Part shown: positions 10,881 to 22,369 of the stretch, piece by piece
How the letters are laid out: each line of letters starts with the position of its first letter
Position numbering within the stretch: the stretch's first letter is position 1
Assembly: GCA_002269645.1 (NCBI GenBank)
Contig: NIVC01004964.1
Coordinates: 1 to 29,974, forward strand
Direction of reading: 5' to 3'
Length of the DNA stretch: 29,974 bases
Source of the DNA: Macrostomum lignano
Taxonomy: Eukaryota
Position numbers and translations under genes: made by a program
Notes under the pieces: generated by a model
What the model was told of the DNA's origin: nothing
Seen by the model: only the letters and a program-made list of their open reading frames with translations
Database searches by the model: none

Positions 10881-11140
10881 AGGAGACGGTGATATGATGA
10901 GATGCCTGGAATGGAATGAATAGGATGGGATAGCTTGAATGAGATGCCGGTTTTCATTTCCGTGAGAGTTGAGACACTGTGAGCTTTCCATCTTGCATGT
11001 CAGGCCGCCAATACAAGTACTAACGCCAATACAGTACTGCGTCTGCTATAACTCCGGTCTTTGGTCGGTTTCTAATCCAATTTCTCATTAACACCGCATA
11101 TAGTGGGATTAAGAATATAAGAGCCAAAGCACTTTTGAAT

Positions 11141-11210
11141 ATGACGTCTTCTGGCGCTGACACTCGCGGAGCTGCAGCCACTGAAGTCAACGAGGTGGAC
11201 AATGACGCAG
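11141..11210 (+). CDS. Candidate first coding exon of the PKI-like gene (MTSSGADTRGAAATEVNEVDNDA, phase-1 donor)
   Basis: ATG at 11141, GC-rich open stretch, donor CAG|GTAAAA at 11211. The phase is compatible with 16275..16334 and 18096..18466. No homology support. Confidence 0.25.
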
Positions 11211-11297
11211 GTAAAAGTTTGAGTATACTGATCTTCACATTGTTAGACTGGGATGTTATACTTTTCTAATATTTATTATTCATCCCTATAAGTGTCT

Positions 11298-11923
11298 TTG
11301 GGTGTCCGAGAGGCGCCACATTGGATGTCCGAAAAACGCCATATAAGGTGTCCGAAGGGCGCAGCATTGGGTGTCCGAGGGGCGCCACATTGGGTGTCCG
11401 AGGGGCGCCACATTGGATGTCCGAAAAACGCCACATTGGGTGTCCGAGGGGCGCACATTGGGTGTCCGAGGGGCGCCACATTGGGTGTTTGAGGGGCGCC
11501 ACATTGGGTGTCCGAGGGGCGCCACATTGGGTGTCCGAGGGGCGTCACATTGGGTGTCCGAGGGGCGTCACATTGGGTGTCCGAGTGGCGCAGCATTGAG
11601 TGTCCGAGAAGCGCCACATTGGGTGTCCCAAGGGGCGCAGCATTTGGTTGTCCGAGGGGCGCAGCATTGGGTGTCCGAGTGGCGCAGCATTGAGTGTACG
11701 AGAAGCGCCACATTGGGTGTCCGAGGAGCGCCACATTGGGTGTCCGAGGGGCGCCACATTGGGTGTCGAGGGGCGCCACATTGGGTGTCCGAGGAGCGCC
11801 ACATTGGGTGTCCCAAGGGGCGCAGCATTTGGGTGTCCGAGGGGCGCAGCATTGGGTGTCCGAGTGGCACAGCATTGGGTGTCTGAAGGGCGCTACATTG
11901 GGTGTCCGAGGGGCGCACATTGG
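11298..11923 (+). repeat. 23-bp GC-rich minisatellite CATTGGGTGTCCGAGGGGCGCCA, ~27 copies
   Basis: Directly visible; produces the 23-aa periodic ORFs. Confidence 0.97.
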
Positions 11924-12077
11924 TAGAACCCACACTCTACTTCTCATTCGGGGTGCCGAATTGGGTGTTTGGGTGCAATTCCTTTTTTCTGCCCTAGCAA
12001 GCGGGCGGCAGTCTATCGATTGTAAGCTCCGCGGGAACCATGAAAGGTATGCAAGTTTGACACCTGCCCGTGTCCGC

Positions 12078-12079
<2 letters not shown>

Positions 12080-12140
<61 letters not shown>
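12080..12140 (+). repeat. (CT)n microsatellite, ~30 units
   Basis: Directly visible. Confidence 0.98.
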
Positions 12141-12144
<4 letters not shown>

Positions 12145-12339
12145 ACGTTCGATTCTGGGTCTCAGCAAGTTTCTCTACCTCAGCTCCCAAAACCCCACCC
12201 AATATAAAGTCCCGTTCGCAATCAATAGCTTTTTTGTCTGGAATTCTTCCTTCAATGAATTTTCTGCATAGTTTTTAAAGCTCTGCTGTCTAGCGACTCT
12301 AACATGTAGCAGCTTTCAGCACTCTTGTCTACCAGCTCT

Positions 12340-12980
12340 CCATCTCCCTCCCCTCTCATTCCCTCTTCCCCTCTCATCCCCTCTCCCTTCTCATTCCCTC
12401 TCCCCTCTCTCATTCCCTCTCCCCTCTCTCATTCTCTCCCCTCTCTCATTCTCTTCCCTCTCTCATTCTCTCCCCTCTCTCATTCTCTCCCCTCTCTCAT
12501 TCCCTCTCCCCTCTCTCATTCCCCCTCCCCCTCTCATCCCCTCTCCCTTCTCATCCCCTCTCCCTTCTCATTCCCTCTCCTCTTTCTCATTCCCCCTCTC
12601 CATTCTCTCCCCTCTTCTCATTCCCTCTCCCCTCTCATTCATTCCTCTCTCCCCTCTCTCATTCTCTCTCTCTCATTCCCTCTCCCCTCTCTCATTCTCT
12701 CCTCTCTCTCATCCCCTCTCCCTTCTCATTCCCTCTCCCCTTTCTCATTTCCTCTCCCCTCTCTCATTCTCTCCCCTCTCTCATTCCCTCTCCCCTCTCT
12801 CATTCTCTCCTCTCTCTCATCCCCTCTCCCTTCTCATTCCCTCTCCCCTTTCTCATTTCCTCTCCCCTCTCTCATTCTCTCCCCTCTCTCATTCCCTCTC
12901 CCCTCTCTCATTCTCTCCCCTCTCTCATTCTCTCTCCCCTCTCATTCCCTCTCTCCCCCACTCTACCTCTCATTCTCTCA
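12340..12980 (+). repeat. Pyrimidine-rich degenerate minisatellite (CTCTCATT + CCCTCTCCC blocks, ~18-20 bp) with an internal ~108-bp duplication
   Basis: Directly visible; a 36-aa repeated block appears in the spurious ORF. Confidence 0.93.
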
Positions 12981-13434
12981 TAGGTGTATATTCGCAGGAG
13001 TTAAAAAGCTTGGTTACTTTGTAATTAAGGCCTATGTTGTATCTCAACTTCCAAGTCTACGTAAGAGCCGCCTTGCCTGTCTATACGCAGTGTTTGCCAC
13101 AAAGCGATTGCAAAATTATATATTGCCTGCATTAGTGCATCACGTGAGGCTCAATGAAACTGCTAATTATTATATACCTTCTATAGTTATCGATTATACC
13201 CCCTTGCTTGTCAGAAACCTGCGCCATGCACCTCTGCCATAGCGTGTTGCTCAAAGTTAAGCTGAGCTAAATTAGTCAGTTAATTGCTTGCCCCTTTTGG
13301 GTGAAGTATTGCTTCTGCCGCCTCATGTGCGCCCCAGCTATTCGGAAGCAAAATTAAAGACTGAGGGGACTGATTGAAGGCCGGTCGCAACGGGAGAGCA
13401 GAGTTTTCAAAACAGTTTTTTCTACATTCAAGGA

Positions 13435-14468
13435 ATGAAGGGAGCTCCGATACTGGAGATAAAGGGAGCTCAGATACTGGAGATGAAGGGAGCTTAGATA
13501 CAGGAGATAAAGGGAGCTCAGATACTGGAGATGAAGGGAGCTCAGATACAGGAGATAAAGGGAGCTCAGATACTGGAGATGAAGGGAGCTCAGATACAGG
13601 AGATAAAGGGAGCTCAGATACTGGAGATGAAGGGAGCTCAGATACTGGAGATGAAGGGAGCTCAGATACTGGAGATAAAGGGAGCTCAGATACTGGAGAT
13701 GAAGGGAGCTCAGATACTGGAGATAAAGGGAGCTCAGATACAGGAGATAAAGGGAGCTCAGATACTGGAGATGAAGGGAGCTCAGATACAGGAGATAAAG
13801 GGAGCTCAGATACTGGAGATTAAGGGAGCTCAGATACTGGAGATGAAGGGAGCTCAGATACAGGAGATAAAAGTGAGCTCAGATACTGGAGATGAAGGGA
13901 GCTCAGATACTGGAGATAAAGGGAGCTCAGATACTGGAGATGAAGGGAGCTCAGATACTGGAGATAAGTGAGCTCAGATACTGGAGATAAAAGTGAGCTC
14001 AGATACTGGAGATAAAGGAGCTCAGATACTGGAGATAAAGGGAGCTCAGATACTGGAGATAAAGGGAGCTCAGATACTGGAGATAAAGGGAGCTCAGATA
14101 CTGGAGATGAAGGGAATTCAGATACTGGAGATGAAGGGAATTCAGATACTGGAGATGAAGGGAATTCAGATACTGGAGATAAAGGGAGCTTAGATACTAA
14201 AGATGTAGGGAGCTCCGATACTGGAGAAGGGAACTCAGATACTGGAGATGAAGGGAGCTCAGATACTGGAGATAAAGGGAGCTTAGATACTAAAGATGTA
14301 GGGAGCTCCGATACTGGAGATGAAGGGAACTCAGATACTGGAGATAAAAGGAAGTCAGATAGTGGAGATAATAGGAGCTCAAATACTGGAGATGAAGGGA
14401 GCTTAGATACTGGAGATGAAGGAAGCTCAGATACTGGAGATGAAGGGAGTTCAGATGCTGAAGATGAA
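13435..14468 (+). repeat. 24-bp minisatellite AGGGAGCTCAGATAC(T/A)GGAGAT(G/A)A, ~43 copies
   Basis: Directly visible; degenerates toward the 3' end. Confidence 0.97.
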
Positions 14469-15136
14469 GCTTATTTTATCAAAAGTATATCAAAAGAACC
14501 CTATTTAGTGGGCCTATTCATCGTGTACTTTTATTTAGCACGTCCAAGCCATCAATCTTTCAACCCCGGTGCATTACCAGTGTATACAATTTTTAAACGC
14601 AGAAATTTGCTGCAGGAAAAAAGCTAATCTTCCTTTTCGAGCCTTGTAGACAAAAATCAGGCATGAAAAATGGAGCCAAGCAAACTGACGTTGCTTCTGC
14701 GGAAAAGGGGATTTTTCTTCTTCCCATCCTAATTTTTCCCAGGGTCGGTCCAACGACACCAATGTTTTTCCCTTCGGTTTTCGCGCTTACCTCTTGAATG
14801 CACAAGAGGTTGACAGGCCTGGGAGCGACAAGGGCGCGGGCGCGGGCGTCGAGTCTTTTCTTGCGCAAGGGAAAGGAATCCTCTCCCTTCATCTCCATCT
14901 TGCACTGATGGGATGTTACCAGGCAATATCGAGATTTTTCGACGGGATTTTTTAAAAAGCAGTCAAAGATAACCGTTATCTCCGCCGCCTCCACTTAGCC
15001 TGGCCGAGTGACCAGTTGGACTTTTCCAAGCCGATGAGGGCGCGCCGTGACTGGCAGATTCTTGGGGGCTTGCTTAAAGTTCGCCCCACCCACCCCCCGC
15101 GTGCCGAGCCTCGCTGACTGCTTAATGAGCTTGAGG

Positions 15137-15169
15137 CCTCTGCAGCCTCTGCAGCCTCTGCAGACAGAC

Positions 15170-15266
<97 letters not shown>

Positions 15267-15295
15267 CTAAGACAGAAACTGACAGAAAGGCAGGC

Positions 15296-15345
<50 letters not shown>
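15137..15345 (+). repeat. (CCTCTGCAG)3 followed by interrupted (GACA)n microsatellite
   Basis: Directly visible. Confidence 0.95.
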
Positions 15346-15346
<1 letters not shown>

Positions 15347-15646
15347 GCGGTGAGTTGTGTAAAACTTGGTTCACCTTCTCTTGAACAATACTGTGCATAA
15401 GATTCTATTTTTATCCATCAGCTGCCATTTGCCTTTTTAAACTGCAGAGGTTGGTACGAGATTGGACAGGAAATGAGGGCTGGATAAGCGTTGCCTTTGC
15501 AGTCGCGCCTTTTCAGAACTTTTGCCTGCCGCTGAATTCTGATTGACAGTAAATGCCAGAGTGACAGGCGCTTTTGGGACTCATAGGCAGGCTTGAATTA
15601 AACTGATATTAAACTGATTGGTAAGAAGAGAGCGAAATAAAAGCAG

Positions 15647-15905
15647 GGTGAGAGAGAGGAGGAGGAGGGAGAGGAGGGTGAGGGAGAGGAGGTGAAGGAG
15701 AGGAGGGTGAGGGAGAGGAGGGTGAGGGAGAGGAGGGTGAGGGAGAGGAGGGTGAGGGAGAGGAGGGTGAGGGAGAGGGAGAGAAGAGTGAGGGAGAGGG
15801 AGAGGAGGGAGAGTGAGGAGAGAGGGTGAGGTGAGGGAGAGAGAGGAGGGTGAGGGAGAGGAGGGTGAAGGAGAGGAGGGTGAGGGAGAGGAGGGTGAGA
15901 GACAG
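15647..15905 (+). repeat. 15-bp purine-rich minisatellite GAGGGAGAGGAGGGT
   Basis: Directly visible. Confidence 0.93.
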
Positions 15906-16274
15906 CAGGGTGATGGAGTGCAGTATAATATAAAGGGTTCGCATTTCACAGAATGCAATGCAATGAAAGACAGCACGTCCTGAACTGAGAAATGGCATCC
16001 TGAATCGGGTCCTTGGATGAGATTTAATTACATCCTGCTTCTGGGGAATTAAGAGTTAGCCCATGTAGAGACTGCAAAGACAAAGATTTGTGTCAGATGC
16101 ATATTAGGTTTAGCCGCTTTCGCTAGCTAATTCCGCATAAATCTGTGTGCTTGTTGAAAGCTAACCGTTTGTTCACTTTTAGCTAGTGAACCCGCTTTGC
16201 TACCTGCACAGTACTGTTTCTAAGATACCTGTAATCCTAAAGCTTCATAATTGTTAAGCATTTCTGCTTTGTAG

Positions 16275-16334
16275 ACGAGGTGCTGCTTGAGAGGATCAGC
16301 GGCTCAGGCCTCAGCGCCTCCGGCCTGGGCAGAG
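16275..16334 (+). CDS. Candidate 60-nt symmetric (phase 1/1) internal exon, (D)EVLLERISGSGLSASGLGR(G), probably of the PKI-like gene
   Basis: Acceptor TTTCTGCTTTGTAG| at 16273-16274 and donor AG|GTAATT at 16335. GC-rich island in AT-rich flanks; open in the phase required to join 18096. Confidence 0.45.
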
Positions 16335-16514
16335 GTAATTGCTTTGCGATTCTTGTTGTCTCTGGCTTCACCGTTGTTGTGCGTCTACTTTAATCACTGT
16401 GTAACCCAATGCTAATCTCAGATCTTAACAATCGCTTTATTAACCTAATTTGCATCGATTTTTTGCTTTTTTAGTTTGAGATAAGACTTAAGATAGAGTG
16501 GTAAAGAAGTACAG

Positions 16515-17045
16515 GGGAGATGAGAGGAAGAGTGACACAGGGGGAGATGAGAGGTAGATTCGATAGAGGGGGAGACAAGAGGTAGAGTCGATAGAGGGGG
16601 GGATGAGAGGTAGAGTCGGTAGAGGGGGAGACAAGAGGTAGAGTCGATAGAGGGGGAGACAAGAGGTAGAGTCGATAGAGGGGGGGATGAGAGGTAGAGT
16701 CGATAGAGGGGGAGACAAGAGGTAGAGTCGATAGAGGGGGGGATGAGAGGTAGAGTCGGTAGAGGGGGAGACAAGAGGTAGAGTCGATAGAGGGGGAAAC
16801 AAGAGGTAGAGTCGATAGAGTTGGAGATGAGAGGTAGAGTTGATAGAGTTGGAGATGAGAGGTAGAGTTGATAGAGTTGGAGACAAGAGGTAGAGTCATT
16901 AGAGGGGGAGATGAGAGGTAGAGTCGATAGAGGGGGAGATGAGAGGTAGAGTCGATAGAGTTGGAGACAAGAGGTAGAGTCGGTAGAGGGGGAGATGAGA
17001 AGTAGAGTGGGTAACAGAGGAGAAGATGAGAGGAGGCAGTTAGGG
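16515..17045 (+). repeat. 28-bp purine-rich minisatellite TAGAGTCG(A/G)TAGAGGGGG(AGACA/GGATG)AGAGG
   Basis: Directly visible. Confidence 0.94.
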
Positions 17046-17614
17046 AAGTGAGCAGACAGAGGCGCCCACAAAGCTGAGCAGTTTTGGCTGAGCAGTCAAA
17101 AGCGGACGCTCGCGTCAAAGTTCTCAACCAAGGGAAAAATCAACAGAGAAGTGCAGCTTCTCTCTAATCACTGATGGGAAAGGGAGGCATGCGTGCGGCA
17201 TGAAATCCCGGCGATGTTTTTTTTCATCATGCCCCATCTCAGGCCCGTGCAGCCTCCCCTGCTGACGCAAGCGCGTGCATCGGACAAAGAGGCGAACCAC
17301 CGACCGCTGAAATTTTTTTGAGCGTCACGGAGGTGCACAAGAATGAGGGCTGCCCCTCCCCCCGCCGCTTTGTGCTCATAGGGCCGCCTTCTTGGCTCAG
17401 CAAAGTACTTTTGTCCCCTTAGCCAGGTATTGAGCTGCGTATCGAGGAAGTAACTATGCGGCGATTCACTAAAGATCTGTGCACGAATGCGAACAAAACT
17501 AAGCTAATATTTTCCGTTGAAAGGCTTCTTCTAAAAATAGAAATAATTGTTAACTGGTCCCTGTGAGGCCTGGATATATTTATTATTCACTATTAATATT
17601 GCTATTCGTAATAT

Positions 17615-18085
17615 CACTCCATCTAATCTCACCCAATCTAAACTCATTCCATCTAATCTCACCCCATCTAAACTCATTCCATCTAATCTCATCCATCTAA
17701 ACTCATTCCATCTAATCTCAATCTCATCCATCTAATCTCGCCCCATCTAAACTCACTCCATTTAGTCTCATTCCATCTAATCTCACTCCATCTAATCTCA
17801 CTCCATCTAATCTTACCCAATATAAACTCCCTACATCTAATCTCATCCCCTTTAATCTCAACCCCATCTTATATCAGACCCAATTCATCTCACAAAATCT
17901 AATCTCATCCAATAAATCTCACTTTATCAAATCTCACCTCATCTAGTCTCAGAACGTCTTATCTCAGAGCTATCTAACCACATCCCATCTAATCTCATCC
18001 TCAAATCTCACACCATAACTATCTCACACCAATATAATCTTGCCCATAGCTTATCTCAATCCCACGTCTTACCTCTAATCTCACC
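17615..18085 (+). repeat. Degenerate ~15-bp minisatellite CCATCTAATCTCA(T/C)N
   Basis: Directly visible; 5-aa periodicity (RLDGM/V) in the reverse frame. Confidence 0.9.
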
Positions 18086-18133
18086 CCAAACGCAGGCTCG
18101 GGCCACCACACGGCCATCTCCCGCTCCCTGACC

Positions 18134-18466
18134 ATGGACAGCTTCCTTCAGGACATCAAGGCCTCCGAAAGATTTCGCCGCCGACGAAACGCGATGCACG
18201 ATCTCGACGTTGCCGAGCTTGGCGCCGACGTTGGCGCTTCTATCCGGCGCCGCGGTGGCGCCGGCGGCGGAGCGTCCTTCGATTCCGTCGGCGACGACGC
18301 AAAGCCAGTCGGCGGCGGCGGCGGCGGCGGCGGCGCTGGCAGCGGCGAATCGGCGGAGTCGGCGAGAAGCCGACGAAAATCGGCGCACGAGCATCGACAC
18401 GTCGGCAGGGATCTTTATCCCCTGGCAGATGAGGAGGCCGGGGAGGGCTGCTCGACTGGCACTTAG
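18134..18466 (+). CDS. cAMP-dependent protein kinase inhibitor (PKI)-like protein, 110 aa from this ATG; the frame is open back to a splice acceptor at 18095/18096
   Basis: DIKASERFRRRRNAMHDL aligns with the PKI inhibitory peptide DFIASGRTGRRNAIHDI with a one-residue insertion. Strong Kozak ACCATGG; GC-rich, Gly-rich low-complexity tail; acceptor CGCAG| 38 nt upstream. Confidence 0.6.
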   Translation: MDSFLQDIKASERFRRRRNAMHDLDVAELGADVGASIRRRGGAGGGASFDSVGDDAKPVGGGGGGGGAGSGESAESARSRRKSAHEHRHVGRDLYPLADEEAGEGCSTGT

Positions 18467-18514
18467 CGACTGGCGATCGAGTATCCGGTGGCCTCATCAC
18501 CCTGCGTGTGCTTT

Positions 18515-19013
18515 CAAGGACAACTTAAGTAGAAGGACGCTACACTCGAAATCTATTGTAAATGTTTTGAAGGCAACTTTTCGCCGAAAAATACACTACA
18601 GAGATAGGAAATTTCACGATTTTCAACACTAAAACAGTGATAGGGTCTCTTAACAGTGTCAGAGAAAGCTCTAATCGCACTATTTTGTGCCTCACATGCT
18701 GCTCTAACGACGCATTAATCGATTTTTCATGTTAAATTGGTCTTGTCATTATTGTAAACGTTCTTTCAAGTGACAGACCGATTTACCATGAAAAATCGAT
18801 TAATGTGTCGTTAGAGCAGCATGTGAGGCACAAAATAGTGTGATCAGAACTTTCTCTGACACTGTTAAGAGACCCAATCACTGTTTTAGTGTTGAAAATC
18901 GTGAAATTTCCTATCTCTGTAGTGTATTTTTCGGCGAAAAGTTGCCTTCAAAGCATTTGCCATGGATTTCGAGTGTATAGCGTCCTATATATATGTTACT
19001 TGAGTAGTCCTTG
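18515..19013. mobile_element. Non-autonomous foldback (MITE-like) DNA element, ~500 bp; ~215-bp inverted arms, 22-bp spacer, CAAGG...CCTTG termini, 8-bp near-TSD
   Basis: Arms 18534-18748 and 18771-18986 are reverse complements (about 11 substitutions and 2 small indels by hand count). Outer CAAGGACAACTTAAGTA pairs with TACTTGAGTAGTCCTTG (15/17). Flanks are TGTGCTTT (18507-18514) and TGTACTTT (19014-19021). Confidence 0.8.
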
Positions 19014-19304
19014 TGTACTTTTAAACTGGCTCGATTCTCCCATAGCTTAATGTCGCATATATGTCTATAATTTTGTTGTAATTGAAAGTTTTGTTTGTTT
19101 TTGTTTTAATCGAACACATTTATTTGTTTGGATTACCTACTTTCTAAGAAAGCCCTGTTACGCAATATTCGATGCAATAATTTTTGAAGTTTCGCTCTTT
19201 CCAATGCAGTAAATCTCATGGAAATTTTTGTGGCGATGTTTAATTTTTGAAGCTCAATCTCATGTTTCCCAGCTTCCTGTCGCGCCATATTGTATCGGAA
19301 ATCT

Positions 19305-19760
19305 CAACTTCCACACCGGAAGTCTCACACCTTCCACACCGGAAGTCTCACCTTCCACACCGGAAGTCTCACACCTTCTACACAGGAAATCTCACACCTT
19401 CCAAATAGGAAGTCTCACACCTTCCACATTGGAAATCTCACACCTTCCAAATAGGAAGTCTCACACCTTCCAAATAGGAAGTCTCACACCTTCCACATTG
19501 GAAATCTCACACCTTCCAAATAGGAAGTCTCACACCTTCCACACTGGAAATCTCACACCTTCCAAATAGGAAGTCTCACACCTTCCAAATAGGAAGTCTC
19601 ACACCTTCCACACTGGAAATCTCACACCTTCCACACAGGAAATCTCACACCTTCCAAATAGGAAGTCTCATACCTTCCACATTGGAAATCTCACAAATTT
19701 CACAGAGGAAATCTCACACCTTTCACACCGGAATTATTATGACTTCCACATCGGAAATCT
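19305..19760 (+). repeat. 23-bp minisatellite GGAA(G/A)TCTCACACCTTCCA(AATA/CATT/CACC)
   Basis: Directly visible. Confidence 0.94.
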
Positions 19761-20249
19761 CATGCCTAGCAGTCGGAATATCAAATTCCGAAGTAATTTT
19801 TCTGATCCAGCATCCTTCACAACATCACCCATGAATTGTAAAATCATCTGCAAATTGTTTTGTTATATCTGGTAATCTGGATTATGATATTTATTAAAAA
19901 GTAGAAAATACACTAACAATTTGGCAGAGATTTCATCACTATATAATTTTCTCAAACAAACTTGTGATTCTCGAATGTAATATTTTTTATTACTTTAATA
20001 GATTAAAATTATTTTGAATTTGCACTTTTCTATTGCTTTCAGTGTCTGTGTCTGGCAATATTGATTTTGTGTCCTGCGGCAGATCCCATTTTGTCAATTG
20101 AACTTCAGAAACTAAATATAACTCTGTTCTCTGCAATTCAGCAATCTTGCATGCCCGTGACTTCAGTTAATTATTTATTGACTGTCGGAGCGGAATTTAA
20201 TCGCCTCTGTTCGCTTTCGAACCCTCACAGTTATTAAATAAGCAGTAAC

Positions 20250-21100
20250 TCTCCCTCTCTATCCCCTTCTCACTCTCCCACTCCACTCCCGCTCTCCCAT
20301 TCTACTTCTCCCACTCTACCTCTCCCCCTCTCCTACTCTCCCTCTCCATCCCCTTCTCACTCTCCCACTCCACTCCCGCTCTCCCACTCTACTTCTCCCA
20401 CTCTACCTCTCCCCCTCTCCTACTCTCCCTCTCCATCCCCTTCTCACTCTCCCACTCCACTCCCGCTCTCCCACTCTACTTCTCCCACTCTACCTCTCCC
20501 CCTCTCCTACTCTCCCTCTCCATCCCCTTCTCACTCTCCCACTCCACTCCCGCTCTCCCACTCTACCTCTCCCCCTCTCCCACTCTCCCTCTCCATCCCC
20601 TTCTCACTCTCCCACTCCACTCCCGCTCTCCCACTCTACTTCTCCCACTCTACCTCTCCCCCTCTCCCACTCTCCCTCTCCATCCCCTTCTCCCTCTCCC
20701 ACTCTACCTCTCCCCCTCTCCCACTCTCCCTCTCCATCCCCTTCTCACTCTCCCACTCCACTCTCCCTCTCCCACTCTACTTCTCCCACTCTACCTCTCC
20801 CCCTCTCCCACTCTCCCTCTCTCACTTTCCCAATCCACTCTCCCTCTCCAACTCCACTCTCCTACCCTGCTCCCTCCCCACTCTACCTCTCCATCCCCTT
20901 CTCAATCTCCCACTCCACTCTCCCACCCCACTCTCCCTCCCCACTCTACCTCTCCATCCCCTTCTCACTCTCCCACTCTACCTCCCCCCTCTCCCACCCT
21001 CCCTCTCTCACTCTCCCTCTCCTACTCTTCCTCTCCTTCTACCCCACTCTCCACCCCACTCTTCTTCTCTACATCTCTCACCCTCTCTCCCACTCTCCCC
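20250..21100 (+). repeat. Pyrimidine-rich satellite with 87-bp higher-order unit built from CTCCCACTC(T/C)A-like submotifs
   Basis: CCATCCCCTTCTCAC recurs at 20346, 20433 and 20520 (87-bp spacing), then degenerates. Confidence 0.92.
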
Positions 21101-21487
21101 TTGACCCAGTACATGTCTCAGCTTTCCCCATCTACATGTACAGCTTCATCCTCAGTCCCCTGCTTCACTAACCGGCACTTCAGTCTTCTCGAAGAGTCTA
21201 AGAAGCACACTTATTGTGCTTTAAGTGGCCAGCTCTGGTCTTAAGCACTACTCTCTTTTTGAGCAGCTTTTCCGCTAGAAACTTTACTGGTAATATCATA
21301 ATATTATATAGCTTACTGCTGAAAAATAATCGCCAATCGGTATAATGAATTAAACATGGGCTGCTCTTTTTAAGAACCATTTCTTTAGAAGCGTCGTGAA
21401 AACGAGAATCAAACAAGAAAACTGGCGGATCTTCTTATACTACTGAGTCGGGCAAATCAATAGTAAGGTTAGAATATTGAATAGACG

Positions 21488-21795
21488 CAGGGGGCGTCGC
21501 CATGGATTTACAGTGGTGGGGAAGAAGCCAAGAATTCTACATGTACATTATTTTGGGAATCGTTGTGGTTAGCACTCATTTTGGCGCCACAGGCACTCAT
21601 CTTGGCGCCACAGACACTCATTTTGGCGCTTCAGGCACTCATCTTGGCGCCACAGACACTCATTTTGGCGCCAAATGCGCTACATCTTGGCGCTCTGAAG
21701 CAAAATTATTGATTTCCATCACGGGTCACAGTCACAATTTGAGGTGGGGGACAAAGCATTGGCATGCCCCCCCCCCCCCGGTGGCGACGCTCCTG
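21488..21795. mobile_element. hAT-like MITE, 308 bp, with an internal 21-bp tandem repeat (21575-21673, ~5 copies)
   Basis: TIRs CAGGGGGCGTCGCCA / TGGCGACGCTCCTG; flanks AATAGACG (21480-21487) and AATAGACC (21796-21803), an 8-bp TSD with 1 mismatch. CAG termini plus an 8-bp TSD are hAT hallmarks. Confidence 0.75.
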
Positions 21796-22369
21796 AATAG
21801 ACCAACTGAAACATTAAATTAATTCGCAAGACGAAAAGTTTTTAGAAATATACTATTTATACGATTTACACTACTCACTAAAAGCTTCAGTAGTGCATTT
21901 TGCTTGCGATAAAATTAATTTAAGAATGAGCTAAATTTATTTCGCCAACATTACGCTCGTATTCGTATTGCTCAGCTTAGAAAGCAATTCTTTACTTTTT
22001 ATTGCGCGCGAGTTTCGTAATGCCAAAACTTTTCGAGTCTGTTCCAGCTTAGCACTCGATTTACTGTCTAGATATGCGCAGATTTTTATTTTTGTTGTCC
22101 ATCTCCATGTTGTTGGCCAGGCATATTTGGAATTTCACCTGGCTTGGCATTGGCTGTTAACCATATATAGTCAGAAGAATTCTTGACGAAATGGTGCCAG
22201 AATGACCAAATATGGACTTGCTGAGATTTTGGCTGGAGCAGTTTCAGAAACAAAAAATACATTTAGATCCATTAAAAATATTAGTCATGCTGCCTTAGTT
22301 TCTAAGCAGACAATATTACCTTCCATACTTAAATATTAACCGCATAACGACAAGATCTTGACTGTCACA

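Noticed and set aside
6712-10991. IYLS-repeat and SSPLL-repeat ORFs
   Set aside because: These are translations of (GATA)n and (CCTCT)n/(AGAGG)n.
13374-14193. GSSDTGD(E/K) repeat ORF resembling acidic phosphoproteins such as DSPP
   Set aside because: In-frame TAA at 13821-13823 and later frame-breaking units; variation is not codon-constrained.
14574-14994. ORFs with PWEKLGW...KQRQFAWL (zf-RVT-like) and a CIQE|GTAAGC donor-like site
   Set aside because: The downstream Cys/His ligands of zf-RVT are missing and no compatible acceptor or partner exon was found.
18056-18632. Overlapping Ala-rich and Arg-rich ORFs in other frames and on the opposite strand
   Set aside because: These are shadows of the GC-rich (GGC)n PKI-like exon.
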